Shown here: positions 52,822-61,625 of the stretch, one piece after another
Layout: each line of letters starts with the position of its first letter
How positions within the stretch are numbered: the first letter of the stretch is position 1
From: Aquificaceae bacterium
GTDB lineage: Bacteria > Aquificota > Aquificia > Aquificales > Aquificaceae
Direction of reading: 5' to 3'
DNA length: 64,000 bases
Assembly: GCA_037925075.1 (NCBI GenBank)
Contig: JAXSNR010000001.1
Span: 448,001 to 512,000 of the forward strand
Notes under the pieces: generated by a model
Database searches by the model: none
What the model saw: the letters and a program-made list of their open reading frames with translations, nothing else
What the model was told of the DNA's origin: nothing
Program-made: the position numbers and the translations under genes

Positions 52822-54052
52822 CAGAAGGGAGTTTCTTGGTGGAGCTGTAGCCCTTGGTTTGAGTGCACCGCTTATGGCCTATGCAAAAACCCCAAAGAGA
52901 CAAAAGGCTCAGGTGGTCATAGTAGGTGGTGGTTATGGGGGTGTAACCACAGCAAAATACCTAAAGAAGGAAAACCCAAACCTTGAGGTGGTATTGATAG
53001 AAGAAAGGCCCTTTTTCATGTCCTGTCCCATGTCAAACCACCTTCTCGCTGGTCTTATGGAGCTTACGCCTTTGTGCTTTTCTTACAATGTGTTAGAAGT
53101 AAAGTATGGAGTTAAAGTTCTAAACGACAAGGTCCTTGGTGTGGAGCTTGACAGAAGGGTAGTAAGAACATCTTCAGGCTACATAGCTTACGACTATCTT
53201 GTGCTTTCACCAGGCATTGACTACGACATAGAAGATTCACCCTTTTACAGGGAATCCCTTGTTTACAACCCGCCAGCCTTCAAACCGGGCTCTGAGCATA
53301 TTTACCTCAAAAGGCTTATAGAGGACTTTGAGGGAGGCGATATAGTGATAACCGTCCCGCCACCACCCTACAGATGCCCACCAGCACCCTACGAGCGTGC
53401 AGCTCTCATAGCCAGCATGATAAAAAGAAACAAGCTAAAAGCCCACATGTATTTTATTGATGCCAACGAAAGACCCATAATAAACTCCGAGGGCTTTCTC
53501 TCCGCTTACTACGACCTTTATAAGGACATAGCCACCTACATAACCTCCGCACAGGTAAGAGACATAGACGTTCATAAAAGAGTTGTGAAAACCTCCCATG
53601 GAGACTTTAGGTACGACCTTGCAAACGTGATACCACCCATGAGGGCAAGCAAACTTCTTGAGGAAGCTGGGCTTTTAAAGAGGGGACAAAAGTGGGTGGA
53701 GGTCAATCCCTTGACCTTTGAGTCTTCTGTAAAGAATGTCTTTGTTATAGGTGATGCATGCCAAAGCTACCTGCCAAAGAGCGGATATGCGGCACATTCT
53801 GAGGGTAAAATGGTGGCAAAGATTATAAACGCAAGGATTCAGGGCAAAGAGGTAAAAGAAGAGTACTTGCAAATGATATGCTACGCCATGGTAAGCGACA
53901 AGGAAGCCATCATGACAGAAACCGCCTTCAGATACGATACGGCTTCAAAGAGGTTTGTGCCAACGCATAGGGAGGATAACCAAAGGAAAGAAAGCACTGC
54001 CAAAAGGTATGAAGAATGGGCAAGAGGTCTATGGAGAGACCTCTTTGGTTAA
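52796..54052 (+). CDS. fccB: Flavocytochrome c sulfide dehydrogenase flavoprotein (FccB/SoxF), copy 2
   Basis: Tat NRREFL, GGGYGG, SCPMSN, RCPPAPYER, PKSG, MICYA. Confidence 0.88.
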   Translation: MFKQWSSVNRREFLGGAVALGLSAPLMAYAKTPKRQKAQVVIVGGGYGGVTTAKYLKKENPNLEVVLIEERPFFMSCPMSNHLLAGLMELTPLCFSYNVLEVKYGVKVLNDKVLGVELDRRVVRTSSGYIAYDYLVLSPGIDYDIEDSPFYRESLVYNPPAFKPGSEHIYLKRLIEDFEGGDIVITVPPPPYRCPPAPYERAALIASMIKRNKLKAHMYFIDANERPIINSEGFLSAYYDLYKDIATYITSAQVRDIDVHKRVVKTSHGDFRYDLANVIPPMRASKLLEEAGLLKRGQKWVEVNPLTFESSVKNVFVIGDACQSYLPKSGYAAHSEGKMVAKIINARIQGKEVKEEYLQMICYAMVSDKEAIMTETAFRYDTASKRFVPTHREDNQRKESTAKRYEEWARGLWRDLFG

Positions 54053-54252
54053 AACTCTTTTAGCATACCCTTGACCTTGTCTTCCCAGCTTGGGTGGACA
54101 AGGGTCGCCTTTCTTAACCTTCTTTTCCTGTCCTTTGCCTTGTGGGTGTTGTAGTGAGAGCCACCTGCTTTTTGCCTCTTGATCTTTCCAGTGGCAGTTA
54201 TCTTAAACCTCTTCTTTGCGGACCTGTTTGTTTTCATCTTCACCTTTGCCAT
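54049..54252 (-). CDS. rpmI: 50S ribosomal protein L35
   Basis: KMKTNRSAKKRFKITATGK; GGAGG RBS; upstream TGTGTTATAAT extended -10. Confidence 0.95.
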   Translation of the reverse strand: MAKVKMKTNRSAKKRFKITATGKIKRQKAGGSHYNTHKAKDRKRRLRKATLVHPSWEDKVKGMLKEF

Positions 54253-54285
54253 ACTTAGACCTCCGACCAAAGCATTATAACACAA

Positions 54286-54804
54286 TCAGCATCCAAGAAG
54301 CTCCTTTAGGTCCTTTTCCAACTCCCTATATACACCAAGCCTTATGCGATAGACCTTGCCTTCCTTGTCCAAAAGGTATGAGGTAGGAAAGCCCATAAGC
54401 TTTAGTTCTTTTTCAAGTTCTCCCGACGGCCTCGCTATGGTAAAGGAATAACTGTTTTCTTTCAGAAACTTTGCTAAGGCTCCCTCTGAGCTGTCCATGT
54501 TTACCGCCAGCACCTCAAAGCCCTTATCTTTGCACCTTCTGTATTCCTTCTCAAATATGGGCATCTCCTCCTTGCAAGGTGGGCACCATGTGGCCCAGAA
54601 GTTGAGAAGGACCACTTTACCTTTCAATTCAGAAAGCTTTAGCTCCCTTCCGTCAATGGTCTTAAAAGTAAAGTCTGGCAAAGTCTGCTCCACTGGTGGC
54701 TTGTAAGAGTTTTGAGACACATCTTCCTCTTTTTGCTTAAGACCGAAGAAAAGAAGCATAGACAAAAGCACACCCGCAAGTAGGTAAGGGACATATCTCA
54801 TCAT
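54286..54804 (-). CDS. TlpA/ResA thiol-disulfide oxidoreductase
   Basis: N-terminal TM, NFWATWCPPCKEEMP, GFPT. Confidence 0.93.
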   Translation of the reverse strand: MMRYVPYLLAGVLLSMLLFFGLKQKEEDVSQNSYKPPVEQTLPDFTFKTIDGRELKLSELKGKVVLLNFWATWCPPCKEEMPIFEKEYRRCKDKGFEVLAVNMDSSEGALAKFLKENSYSFTIARPSGELEKELKLMGFPTSYLLDKEGKVYRIRLGVYRELEKDLKELLGC

Positions 54805-54835
54805 AGCTATTAATTTACCGTAAGGCTTTGGCTTT

Positions 54836-55966
54836 TCAAGTGGTGTATTCCGAGTTTATCCTTATGTAGTCGTAGGTAAGGTCAGAAGAGTAATAGGTCC
54901 AGCTTTCTTTACCTTCCATAAGGTCAAGGACTATTTCCACCTCCTGAGACTGCTCCATGTACCTCTTAGCCCCTTCAAGAGCCTTTGGATGAACTTTGCC
55001 GTCATAGACAAGATGACTGCCTATAAAGACCTTGAGCTTAAACTGGTCTATGGGGAAGGCGGTAGACCCTGCGGCGGCAACTATCCTTCCCCAGTTGGGA
55101 TCCTTGCCAAAGATGGCGGTCTTTACAAGGTTTGAGGTGGCAATTGCCTGAGCTATAAGCCTTGCTTTGAGCTGTATAGAAGCATTTTTTACATGGACCT
55201 TTATAAGCCTTGTGGCACCCTCTCCATCCTGCACTATCCTTTTAGCAAGGCTTAGGGAAACATCTTCTATAGCCTCGCTTACCCTTTGCAAGTCTTCCTT
55301 TAAAAGTCCAAGGCTAATAAGCCCAAAGCTGTCGTTGGTGCTCATACATCCATCCACGCTTATAGAGTTAAAGGTCCTTTCGTTTACATCTATATGAAGC
55401 CTCTCTATAACCTCTTCACTTAAATCTGCGTTGGTGAAGACAAAGGCAAGCATGGTGCCCATATTGGGATGTATCATCCCAGCACCCTTTGCAAAACCGA
55501 AGGCTTCTAACCTTCCCTTCTTTACAAAGTCGTATTTGGGAAAGCTATCGGTGGTGGATATGACTTCACTTGCCCTTTTTAGGTCAAGGGGTTCAAGAAT
55601 CTCACATGCGGAGTCTATGGCATTCAATACATCTTCTATTGGCATGGGCTTGCCGATAACACCCGTAGAAAACACAAGCACCTCATCCTCTGGAAGGTCA
55701 AGCTTTTCTGCAACTCTTTTCGCCATAAGCTCCGCATGAAGAAGCCCTTCTCTACCCACTCCACAGTTTGCGTTTCCACTGTTTATAACCATAGCCCTAA
55801 CTCTTCCCTTAAAGACCTTCTGAGAATACAAAACACTTGTTGACTTGAAATGGTTTTTTGTAAAGAGAAAGGACGCCTTACAGGTTTGCGGAAGTAGAAC
55901 CACCAGTATATCGGGCTTTCCCCCAGACTTTAGACCCGCCCTTCCAACGCCCATAAGAATTTCCAT
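54836..55966 (-). CDS. argJ: Ornithine acetyltransferase/N-acetylglutamate synthase
   Basis: NSGNAN, STGVIG, KGAGMIHPNMGTML, STND, DGEGAT, NWGR. Confidence 0.95.
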   Translation of the reverse strand: MEILMGVGRAGLKSGGKPDILVVLLPQTCKASFLFTKNHFKSTSVLYSQKVFKGRVRAMVINSGNANCGVGREGLLHAELMAKRVAEKLDLPEDEVLVFSTGVIGKPMPIEDVLNAIDSACEILEPLDLKRASEVISTTDSFPKYDFVKKGRLEAFGFAKGAGMIHPNMGTMLAFVFTNADLSEEVIERLHIDVNERTFNSISVDGCMSTNDSFGLISLGLLKEDLQRVSEAIEDVSLSLAKRIVQDGEGATRLIKVHVKNASIQLKARLIAQAIATSNLVKTAIFGKDPNWGRIVAAAGSTAFPIDQFKLKVFIGSHLVYDGKVHPKALEGAKRYMEQSQEVEIVLDLMEGKESWTYYSSDLTYDYIRINSEYTT

Positions 55967-55978
55967 GAGAAAATTCTA

Positions 55979-57238
55979 TCACATACCGCCGAGCCTTCTT
56001 AGCCTTTCTTTGGCATCCTGTGCCCATTCTGCTTTTCCTTGAGATAGCTCAAGGGCGGTTCTGTAGTGGTCTATGGCTTTGGTTCTGTTGTCAAGAGCTT
56101 CGTAGTTTCTACCCAGATAGTAATGGGTGCTTGCATGGTCTGGGATGAGCTGGATTGCCCTTTGAAGGTATTTTATGGATTCCCCATGCTCCCTTTGTAG
56201 GAATTTAACATAGCCATGAACGTAGTTTGTGAGGAAAACCTCGGGCATGGTTTGCAAAGCTATCCTTGAGTGCCTTTCAGCCTCTGAAAGCCTTCTTTCG
56301 CTTGCAAGCAAATATGCCATGTAAGCCCTTGCGGTGTAGTTTTCTGGGTATAGGTCTATAGCCCTTTGAAGGTGATAAAGGGCAAGCTCAGGGTTTCTGC
56401 TGGCTAAGGCTTTTTTTCCCTTTTCAAACTCCTCAAAGGAAGGTTGAGTTTTTACAAGCCTTTCCCTTATCCTTTGAAAGTCCTCTGTATCACGAACAAA
56501 GGCACCCTGAGGTCTAAGCCTTTCTATTTCCCTTTTTGCCTCCGCTATTCTCGTTTCTGGAAGGGGGTGTGTGGAAAGCCACTCTGGAAGCCTGCCACCC
56601 CTTTCCATGGCTTTAAACATTTCAAAAACCCTTATTATCGCCGTAGGATCGTAGCCAGATCTGTAAGTGTAGACTATACCAAGCTGGTCTGCCTCCCTCT
56701 CTTGGTCTCTGCTAAACTTGAGGCTTAAAAGCCCTGCACCCACTTGACCAAACTGAAGCAATGCTTGTCCGTAGGGCTTGTCGCCCACAAGAAGAGCTCC
56801 AATGTTGAGAAGAAGGCTCAGACCAAACTGCTTTTCAAGAAACCTTGCATGATGCCTTGCGTTTATGTGTCCAAGCTCATGACCCAGAACGCTTGCAAGC
56901 TCAGACTCGGAATTCAGCTTTAGCAAAAGCCCCCTCGTTATCATCACAGGACCGCCGGGAAGGGCAAAGGCGTTTATCTGTGAGGAATTTACCATATAAA
57001 ACTCGTAGGGAAGCTTCCTTTCTGTGTGTTTTGCAAGGCTTAGCCCCACACTCCTTATGTACTCTTGCAGTTGCCTATCTGGATACAGTCCATCAAACTC
57101 CTCTATGGAGTAGGGTACGTAGGCTTTGCCAATCTCTATTTCCTTGTTTTCAGGAAGCAGGTTAAGTAGAGGTTTTTTTGCACCAACGTTGGCACAGCTA
57201 AGAAGTAAAGATAGAAGTAAGAAAAGAAGCAATCTCAT
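55979..57238 (-). CDS. M48 metalloprotease lipoprotein with TPR (BepA-like)
   Basis: Lipobox LLSC, NAFALPGG, HELGH, SRDQEREAD, STHP, TPRs. Confidence 0.9.
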   Translation of the reverse strand: MRLLLFLLLSLLLSCANVGAKKPLLNLLPENKEIEIGKAYVPYSIEEFDGLYPDRQLQEYIRSVGLSLAKHTERKLPYEFYMVNSSQINAFALPGGPVMITRGLLLKLNSESELASVLGHELGHINARHHARFLEKQFGLSLLLNIGALLVGDKPYGQALLQFGQVGAGLLSLKFSRDQEREADQLGIVYTYRSGYDPTAIIRVFEMFKAMERGGRLPEWLSTHPLPETRIAEAKREIERLRPQGAFVRDTEDFQRIRERLVKTQPSFEEFEKGKKALASRNPELALYHLQRAIDLYPENYTARAYMAYLLASERRLSEAERHSRIALQTMPEVFLTNYVHGYVKFLQREHGESIKYLQRAIQLIPDHASTHYYLGRNYEALDNRTKAIDHYRTALELSQGKAEWAQDAKERLRRLGGM

Positions 57239-58338
57239 GTTTTTAATATTATAGCGTCCCTTATCCTCCATAGGATCTCATTTATCAAAAGCATACCTTT
57301 CCTGTTTAGCCTTAGCCTTTCACCCTCCATCTGAAAGTACTCTTTTAAATCTTCTGGTATATTGGGAAGAAGCTCCTTTTCCACACCCCTTGTGGTTCTA
57401 AGAGCTACAAAGAGATAATCATACATTAGCTCATCACCGCTTAGTTTTTCCTCGTATTCCACAGGACTTTCACCCCTACTTATCCTTTCCGCGTAGAGTT
57501 TAACGCTTTTGGTATTTCCAAACCTAACCCTCTTTACAAAGCTCCATGCGGACACTCCAAGACCCAAAAACTCCTCATGGCTCCAGTATAGCATGTTATG
57601 CTTGCACTGAAACCCGCTTATGGCAAAGTTGGATATCTCATACTGTAAAAAACCCATAGCTTCAAGGCTTTCGCATATGAGATTGTACATATCCGCGATG
57701 GTGTTGTCATCGGGAAGTTCAAAAAGCCCCTTTTTGTAAAGCAAGCCAAAAAGGGTATCTTCGTAAGGTGTAAGAAGATAAAAGGAAACATGGCTAAGGG
57801 GAAGGCTTTTTAGAAGGGCTAACTCTTTTCTGAGGTCTTCAAGGCTCTGACCCTGATAGCCGTAGATGAGGTCTATGTTTATATTCTCAAAGCCTGCACT
57901 GTTGGCACTGTCAATGGCTCTTAGGGCATCCTCTACAGAATGAAGCCTTCCAAGAGCCTTTAAACCCTCATCCCTGAGGCTCTGCACACCTATGCTCACT
58001 CGGTTAAAGCCTATGTCTTTTATGCTCTTAAAGTCTTCAAGGGTGTAGTTTTCTGGATTGCATTCAATGGTTATCTCCTCCAATTGGGACATGTCTATCA
58101 TATGGCTTAGCCTTTCAAAGAAGGTTTTATACTGATTGGGCTTTATAAGGGATGGCGTGCCACCTCCAAAGTAAAGGGTCTGAGGCTTTATGCTTATTTC
58201 CCTGTACAGCTCAAGCTCTTTTAACATAAACGTCATGTATTCCTGAGGCTCTACCACAGGATCTACCACAGAAACAAAATCACAGTAAGGGCACTTATAG
58301 GAACAGAAGGGTATGTGAAAATACAAGCCCTTAACCAT
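57235..58338 (-). CDS. hemW: Radical SAM heme chaperone HemW
   Basis: YFHIPFCxxxCxxCDF, GGGTPS, YEISNF, HNxxYW. Confidence 0.9.
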   Translation of the reverse strand: MVKGLYFHIPFCSYKCPYCDFVSVVDPVVEPQEYMTFMLKELELYREISIKPQTLYFGGGTPSLIKPNQYKTFFERLSHMIDMSQLEEITIECNPENYTLEDFKSIKDIGFNRVSIGVQSLRDEGLKALGRLHSVEDALRAIDSANSAGFENINIDLIYGYQGQSLEDLRKELALLKSLPLSHVSFYLLTPYEDTLFGLLYKKGLFELPDDNTIADMYNLICESLEAMGFLQYEISNFAISGFQCKHNMLYWSHEEFLGLGVSAWSFVKRVRFGNTKSVKLYAERISRGESPVEYEEKLSGDELMYDYLFVALRTTRGVEKELLPNIPEDLKEYFQMEGERLRLNRKGMLLINEILWRIRDAIILKT

Positions 58339-59437
58339 GCTCAAACTTTATGGGTCTGTTTCTGTGTTCTCTGATTATGGAAAAGGCAACTCCGATGAGT
58401 AAAGAAAAAGTAAGCACACTGCTACCGCCATAGCTGACCAAGGGCAAGGGTATGCCCACCACGGGAGCCCATCCCATGGTCATAAGAAGGTTCACACCCG
58501 TCTGAAAAAGCCATAGCCCGGCAAAGGCACCAAGGTAAAGCCTTTCCGCAGGGTTTGTTATATCTATCGCATAGTAAAGGGTCCTAATTAAGAAAACAAA
58601 CAGGGAAGCCAAAAGGAGAAGACTGACCACAAAGCCCCATTCCTCCGCTATTACGGAGAATATAAAGTCCGTATGCCTTTCTGGAAGGAAGAGAAGATGG
58701 GACTGAGTGCCCTTAAGAAAGCCCTTTCCCAAAAAACCACCAGAACCCACCGCTATAACAGATTGAATAAGCTGATAACCGCTACCTTGATAGTCCTCGT
58801 ATGGGTCAAGGACAGCCAGTATGCGTGCCCTTTGATAGTCCTTTAGAGAATGCCAAAGTAAGGGAGAAAGTGCCAAGAAAAGGAAGCCACCAAGTAAAAA
58901 ATACCTTAGCCTGACACCTTTTAGAAAAAGAAGAAGCAGGACTATAACCAAGTAGATTACAGAGGTGCCAAGGTCTGGCTGTTTAAGGGTAAGGACCAAA
59001 GGCATGCCAAGTGCGGTAAGGAGTATAAGGGTTTCCTTGCTGAAAAGCTTACCAAGATGACCAAGGGTGTACAGGGAAAAGAGCAAAAGGGAGAACTTCA
59101 TAAACTCCGAAGGCTGGATGCTAACCGGACCAAGGTCTATCCACCTTTTTGCTCCATAGACTGTTTTCCCTACAATGGGCACAAGCACAAGGAGAAAAAG
59201 GTTCAAAAGATACACCGCAGGTGCCATATCGTAAATAACTCTAAAGTTTATCCTTGAAAGCAAAAAGACCACCGCTAAGCCTACCAAGATGTAAAGGGAT
59301 TGCTTTATAAACAGTGGAGAAGTACTACCCTTATAGGTGGCACTATAAACGCCCACAAGCCCCAAAAGGCATATAAAGAAAAGGGCGGTAAGCATATACG
59401 GGTCATAGTCTTTTAGAGTTTTTCTAAGCCTCTTCAT
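58331..59437 (-). CDS. rodA: Rod shape-determining protein RodA
   Basis: GAKRW, QPSEF.K, QPDLGT, LPERHTDFIF, SYGGSS. Confidence 0.93.
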   Translation of the reverse strand: MKRLRKTLKDYDPYMLTALFFICLLGLVGVYSATYKGSTSPLFIKQSLYILVGLAVVFLLSRINFRVIYDMAPAVYLLNLFLLVLVPIVGKTVYGAKRWIDLGPVSIQPSEFMKFSLLLFSLYTLGHLGKLFSKETLILLTALGMPLVLTLKQPDLGTSVIYLVIVLLLLFLKGVRLRYFLLGGFLFLALSPLLWHSLKDYQRARILAVLDPYEDYQGSGYQLIQSVIAVGSGGFLGKGFLKGTQSHLLFLPERHTDFIFSVIAEEWGFVVSLLLLASLFVFLIRTLYYAIDITNPAERLYLGAFAGLWLFQTGVNLLMTMGWAPVVGIPLPLVSYGGSSVLTFSLLIGVAFSIIREHRNRPIKFEHG

Positions 59438-60128
59438 AATATACAAGCCTTCCACAGCTTGGGCATACCACCACCTCTCCCTTTATCAGTCTTGAATAGA
59501 GAGCTGATGGCAGTTTTGTCCCGCAGTTGGCACAAGACCCAGAAGAGTCCGCAGGTAGTATAATGGGCAGGCTGTATCTCTTTTTCAAAGCGTCGTACTC
59601 CTTAACCACCTCTTCTTCAAACTCTTCCTTAAGTTTTTGAAGTCCTTCCTTTAGCTCCTTTAACCTATTTAAAAGCTTTGATTGGGTGTACCTTAGGTCC
59701 TCAAGCTCCTCCTCCAGCTCTTGCATATGTTTTAGCAGTTTTTTATCTTCCCTTTCTTCCTCAAGTTTTTTAAGTTTTTCTTCAAGCTCTTTAAGACCTT
59801 TTGTGAGTTTTATAACACAGTCTTCGTTCTTTGCCTTTTCTTTGAGAAGTGCCTTGTACTCTTCAGCTTTTTTCACAAGAGGTAGCCTATCCTCCGCCCT
59901 TTTTGCACCCCTTTTACACTCTTCTATCATCTCCTTATGGTTTTTTATCTCCCTTTTTAAATCCTCTATCCCCTTGATTACTTCTTCCCTCTTCTTCCTG
60001 AGTTCTTCCTTCCTTTTGACCATCTCATCTATCTGAGAAGTGAGCTTTTCAAAAGCATTTTGTGTTCTCAGAATTTCCATTTCCATCTTCTGAAGTTGGA
60101 GCATCTTTTGGAGTTTTTCAGGCTTCAC
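59424..60128 (-). CDS. Coiled-coil C4 zinc-ribbon protein (DUF164/CT398-like)
   Basis: LQ..E..I start, long coiled coil, CANC...CPSCGRLVY; probable GTG start. Confidence 0.85.
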   Translation of the reverse strand: MKPEKLQKMLQLQKMEMEILRTQNAFEKLTSQIDEMVKRKEELRKKREEVIKGIEDLKREIKNHKEMIEECKRGAKRAEDRLPLVKKAEEYKALLKEKAKNEDCVIKLTKGLKELEEKLKKLEEEREDKKLLKHMQELEEELEDLRYTQSKLLNRLKELKEGLQKLKEEFEEEVVKEYDALKKRYSLPIILPADSSGSCANCGTKLPSALYSRLIKGEVVVCPSCGRLVYYEEA

Positions 60129-60147
60129 AAGGAATATAATATAAGCC

Positions 60148-61440
60148 ATGTTTGACCTGCTGATTAAGTCCGCCCTTATACCTGAAAAGGGAGTGATGGA
60201 TGTGGGTATAAGGGACGGAGTTATAGTAAAGATGGCGGAAAGGTTAGAAGAAGACTCAAGATATACCATAAATGCCAAGGGTAAGGTACTCTTTCCCTCC
60301 TTTGCCAACATGCATACGCACATATCCATGAGCCTTTTAAGGGGTTTGGGTGCAGACCTACCGCTTATGGATTGGCTTCAGAAGGTTATATGGGTTTTGG
60401 AGGGTGAGTTTGTGTCGCCTGAGTTTGTAAGGGATGGTGCCCTGATAGGTATTGCGGAAGCCATAAGGTCTGGAACCACCCTCTTTATGGACATGTATTT
60501 CTTTGAGGAGAGCGTGGCTGAGGTTGCCAAAAGGACTGGCATAAGGGCTGGGCTTGGCTTTGGCATACTTGACTTCCCCACAAAGGTGGCAAAGACCCAA
60601 GAAGAGTACTTAAAAAGGGCAAGGGAGTTTATAAAAAGCTTCAAGGGTGAAGACTTGGTCTTTCCTACCCTATGCCCTCATGCTGTTTATACCTGCTCTC
60701 CATACACACTCAAAAAGTCCCTCCAGCTTGCCCTTGAAGAGGATGTGTATATCCATATCCATGTGGCGGAGACCCAGCAGGAGGTAGAAGGCTCTTTAGA
60801 AAGGTTTGGCAAAAGGCCCGTGGAACACTTGGAAAGCCTTGGATTGCTTACAGAGAAAACCCTCATGGCTCATGTGGTATGGACTACAGAAGAGGAAAGG
60901 GAAAGGATCAAAGAAAGCGGTGCAAAAGTCTTGCATTGCCCTGAAAGCAACCTAAAGCTTGCGTCTGGAATAGCACCCATAAGTGATTACATAAGAAGAG
61001 GCATTCATGTATGCCTTGGCACCGACGGACCTGCCTCCAACGACAACCTTGATATGCTTGAAGAGTTAAGCCTTATGGCAAAGCTTCAAAAGGGTGCAAA
61101 CCTTGACGCAAAGGCAATGGACGCAAGGACCGCACTCAAGATAGCCACCGAGGAAGGCTTTAGAGCTGTTGGCATAAGGGCGGGTAAGGTGGAAGTAGGG
61201 TACGAAGCGGACCTTATCCTCCTTGACCCAGAAAAGCCACACCTACAGCCCCTTTATGACCCCATATCACAGCTTGTGTATTCCGCCAAGTCCTCAGACA
61301 TAGACACGGTCATATGCAAAGGAAGGGTTCTGATGGAGAAGGGAGAGCTAAAGACCATAGACCAAGAGCAAGTTCTCTTTGTTGCCAACAAGTGGAGGGA
61401 AAGGATACAAGGTTTTATAAGGAGTAAAATTTTATCCTAA
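60148..61440 (+). CDS. mtaD: 5'-methylthioadenosine/SAH deaminase (amidohydrolase)
   Basis: NMHTH, PHAVYT, HIHVAET, HCPESNLKLASG, GTDGPASN. Confidence 0.85.
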   Translation: MFDLLIKSALIPEKGVMDVGIRDGVIVKMAERLEEDSRYTINAKGKVLFPSFANMHTHISMSLLRGLGADLPLMDWLQKVIWVLEGEFVSPEFVRDGALIGIAEAIRSGTTLFMDMYFFEESVAEVAKRTGIRAGLGFGILDFPTKVAKTQEEYLKRAREFIKSFKGEDLVFPTLCPHAVYTCSPYTLKKSLQLALEEDVYIHIHVAETQQEVEGSLERFGKRPVEHLESLGLLTEKTLMAHVVWTTEEERERIKESGAKVLHCPESNLKLASGIAPISDYIRRGIHVCLGTDGPASNDNLDMLEELSLMAKLQKGANLDAKAMDARTALKIATEEGFRAVGIRAGKVEVGYEADLILLDPEKPHLQPLYDPISQLVYSAKSSDIDTVICKGRVLMEKGELKTIDQEQVLFVANKWRERIQGFIRSKILS

Positions 61441-61513
61441 CGGGGTGTGGCTCAGGTGGCAGAGCGTCGGCTTCGGGAGCCGAAGGTCAGGGGTTCAAGT
61501 CCCCTCACCCCGA
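61441..61513 (+). tRNA. tRNA-Pro(CGG), CCA not encoded
   Basis: Acceptor CGGGGTG/CACCCCG+A; anticodon arm TCGGC-TTCGGGA-GCCGA; GTTCAAG T-loop. Confidence 0.95.
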
Positions 61514-61529
61514 GTTAGAAGCTTGTTAA

Positions 61530-61594
61530 ATAAGCGGAAATAAGCTTCGCAATAAGCAGTTTTTATACACTTAAGACGCTTAAACGGTTAAAAT
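61530..61594 (+). promoter_or_regulatory. Promoter of diheme cytochrome with tandem LysR-type boxes
   Basis: ATAA-N7-TAAG (61530), perfect ATAA-N7-TTAT (61552), weak -35, TAAAAT at 61589. Confidence 0.5.
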
Positions 61595-61625
61595 TTTCCT
61601 TAAAATAAAGCACAGGAGGAAAGCC

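Noticed and set aside
55455..55475. argJ inactivation (PNMGT instead of PNMAT)
   Set aside because: Catalytic Thr and all other motifs are intact
61527..61557. AATAAGC x3 as CRISPR or tandem repeat
   Set aside because: Units are only 7 bp with 10-12 bp spacing; better explained as regulator boxes
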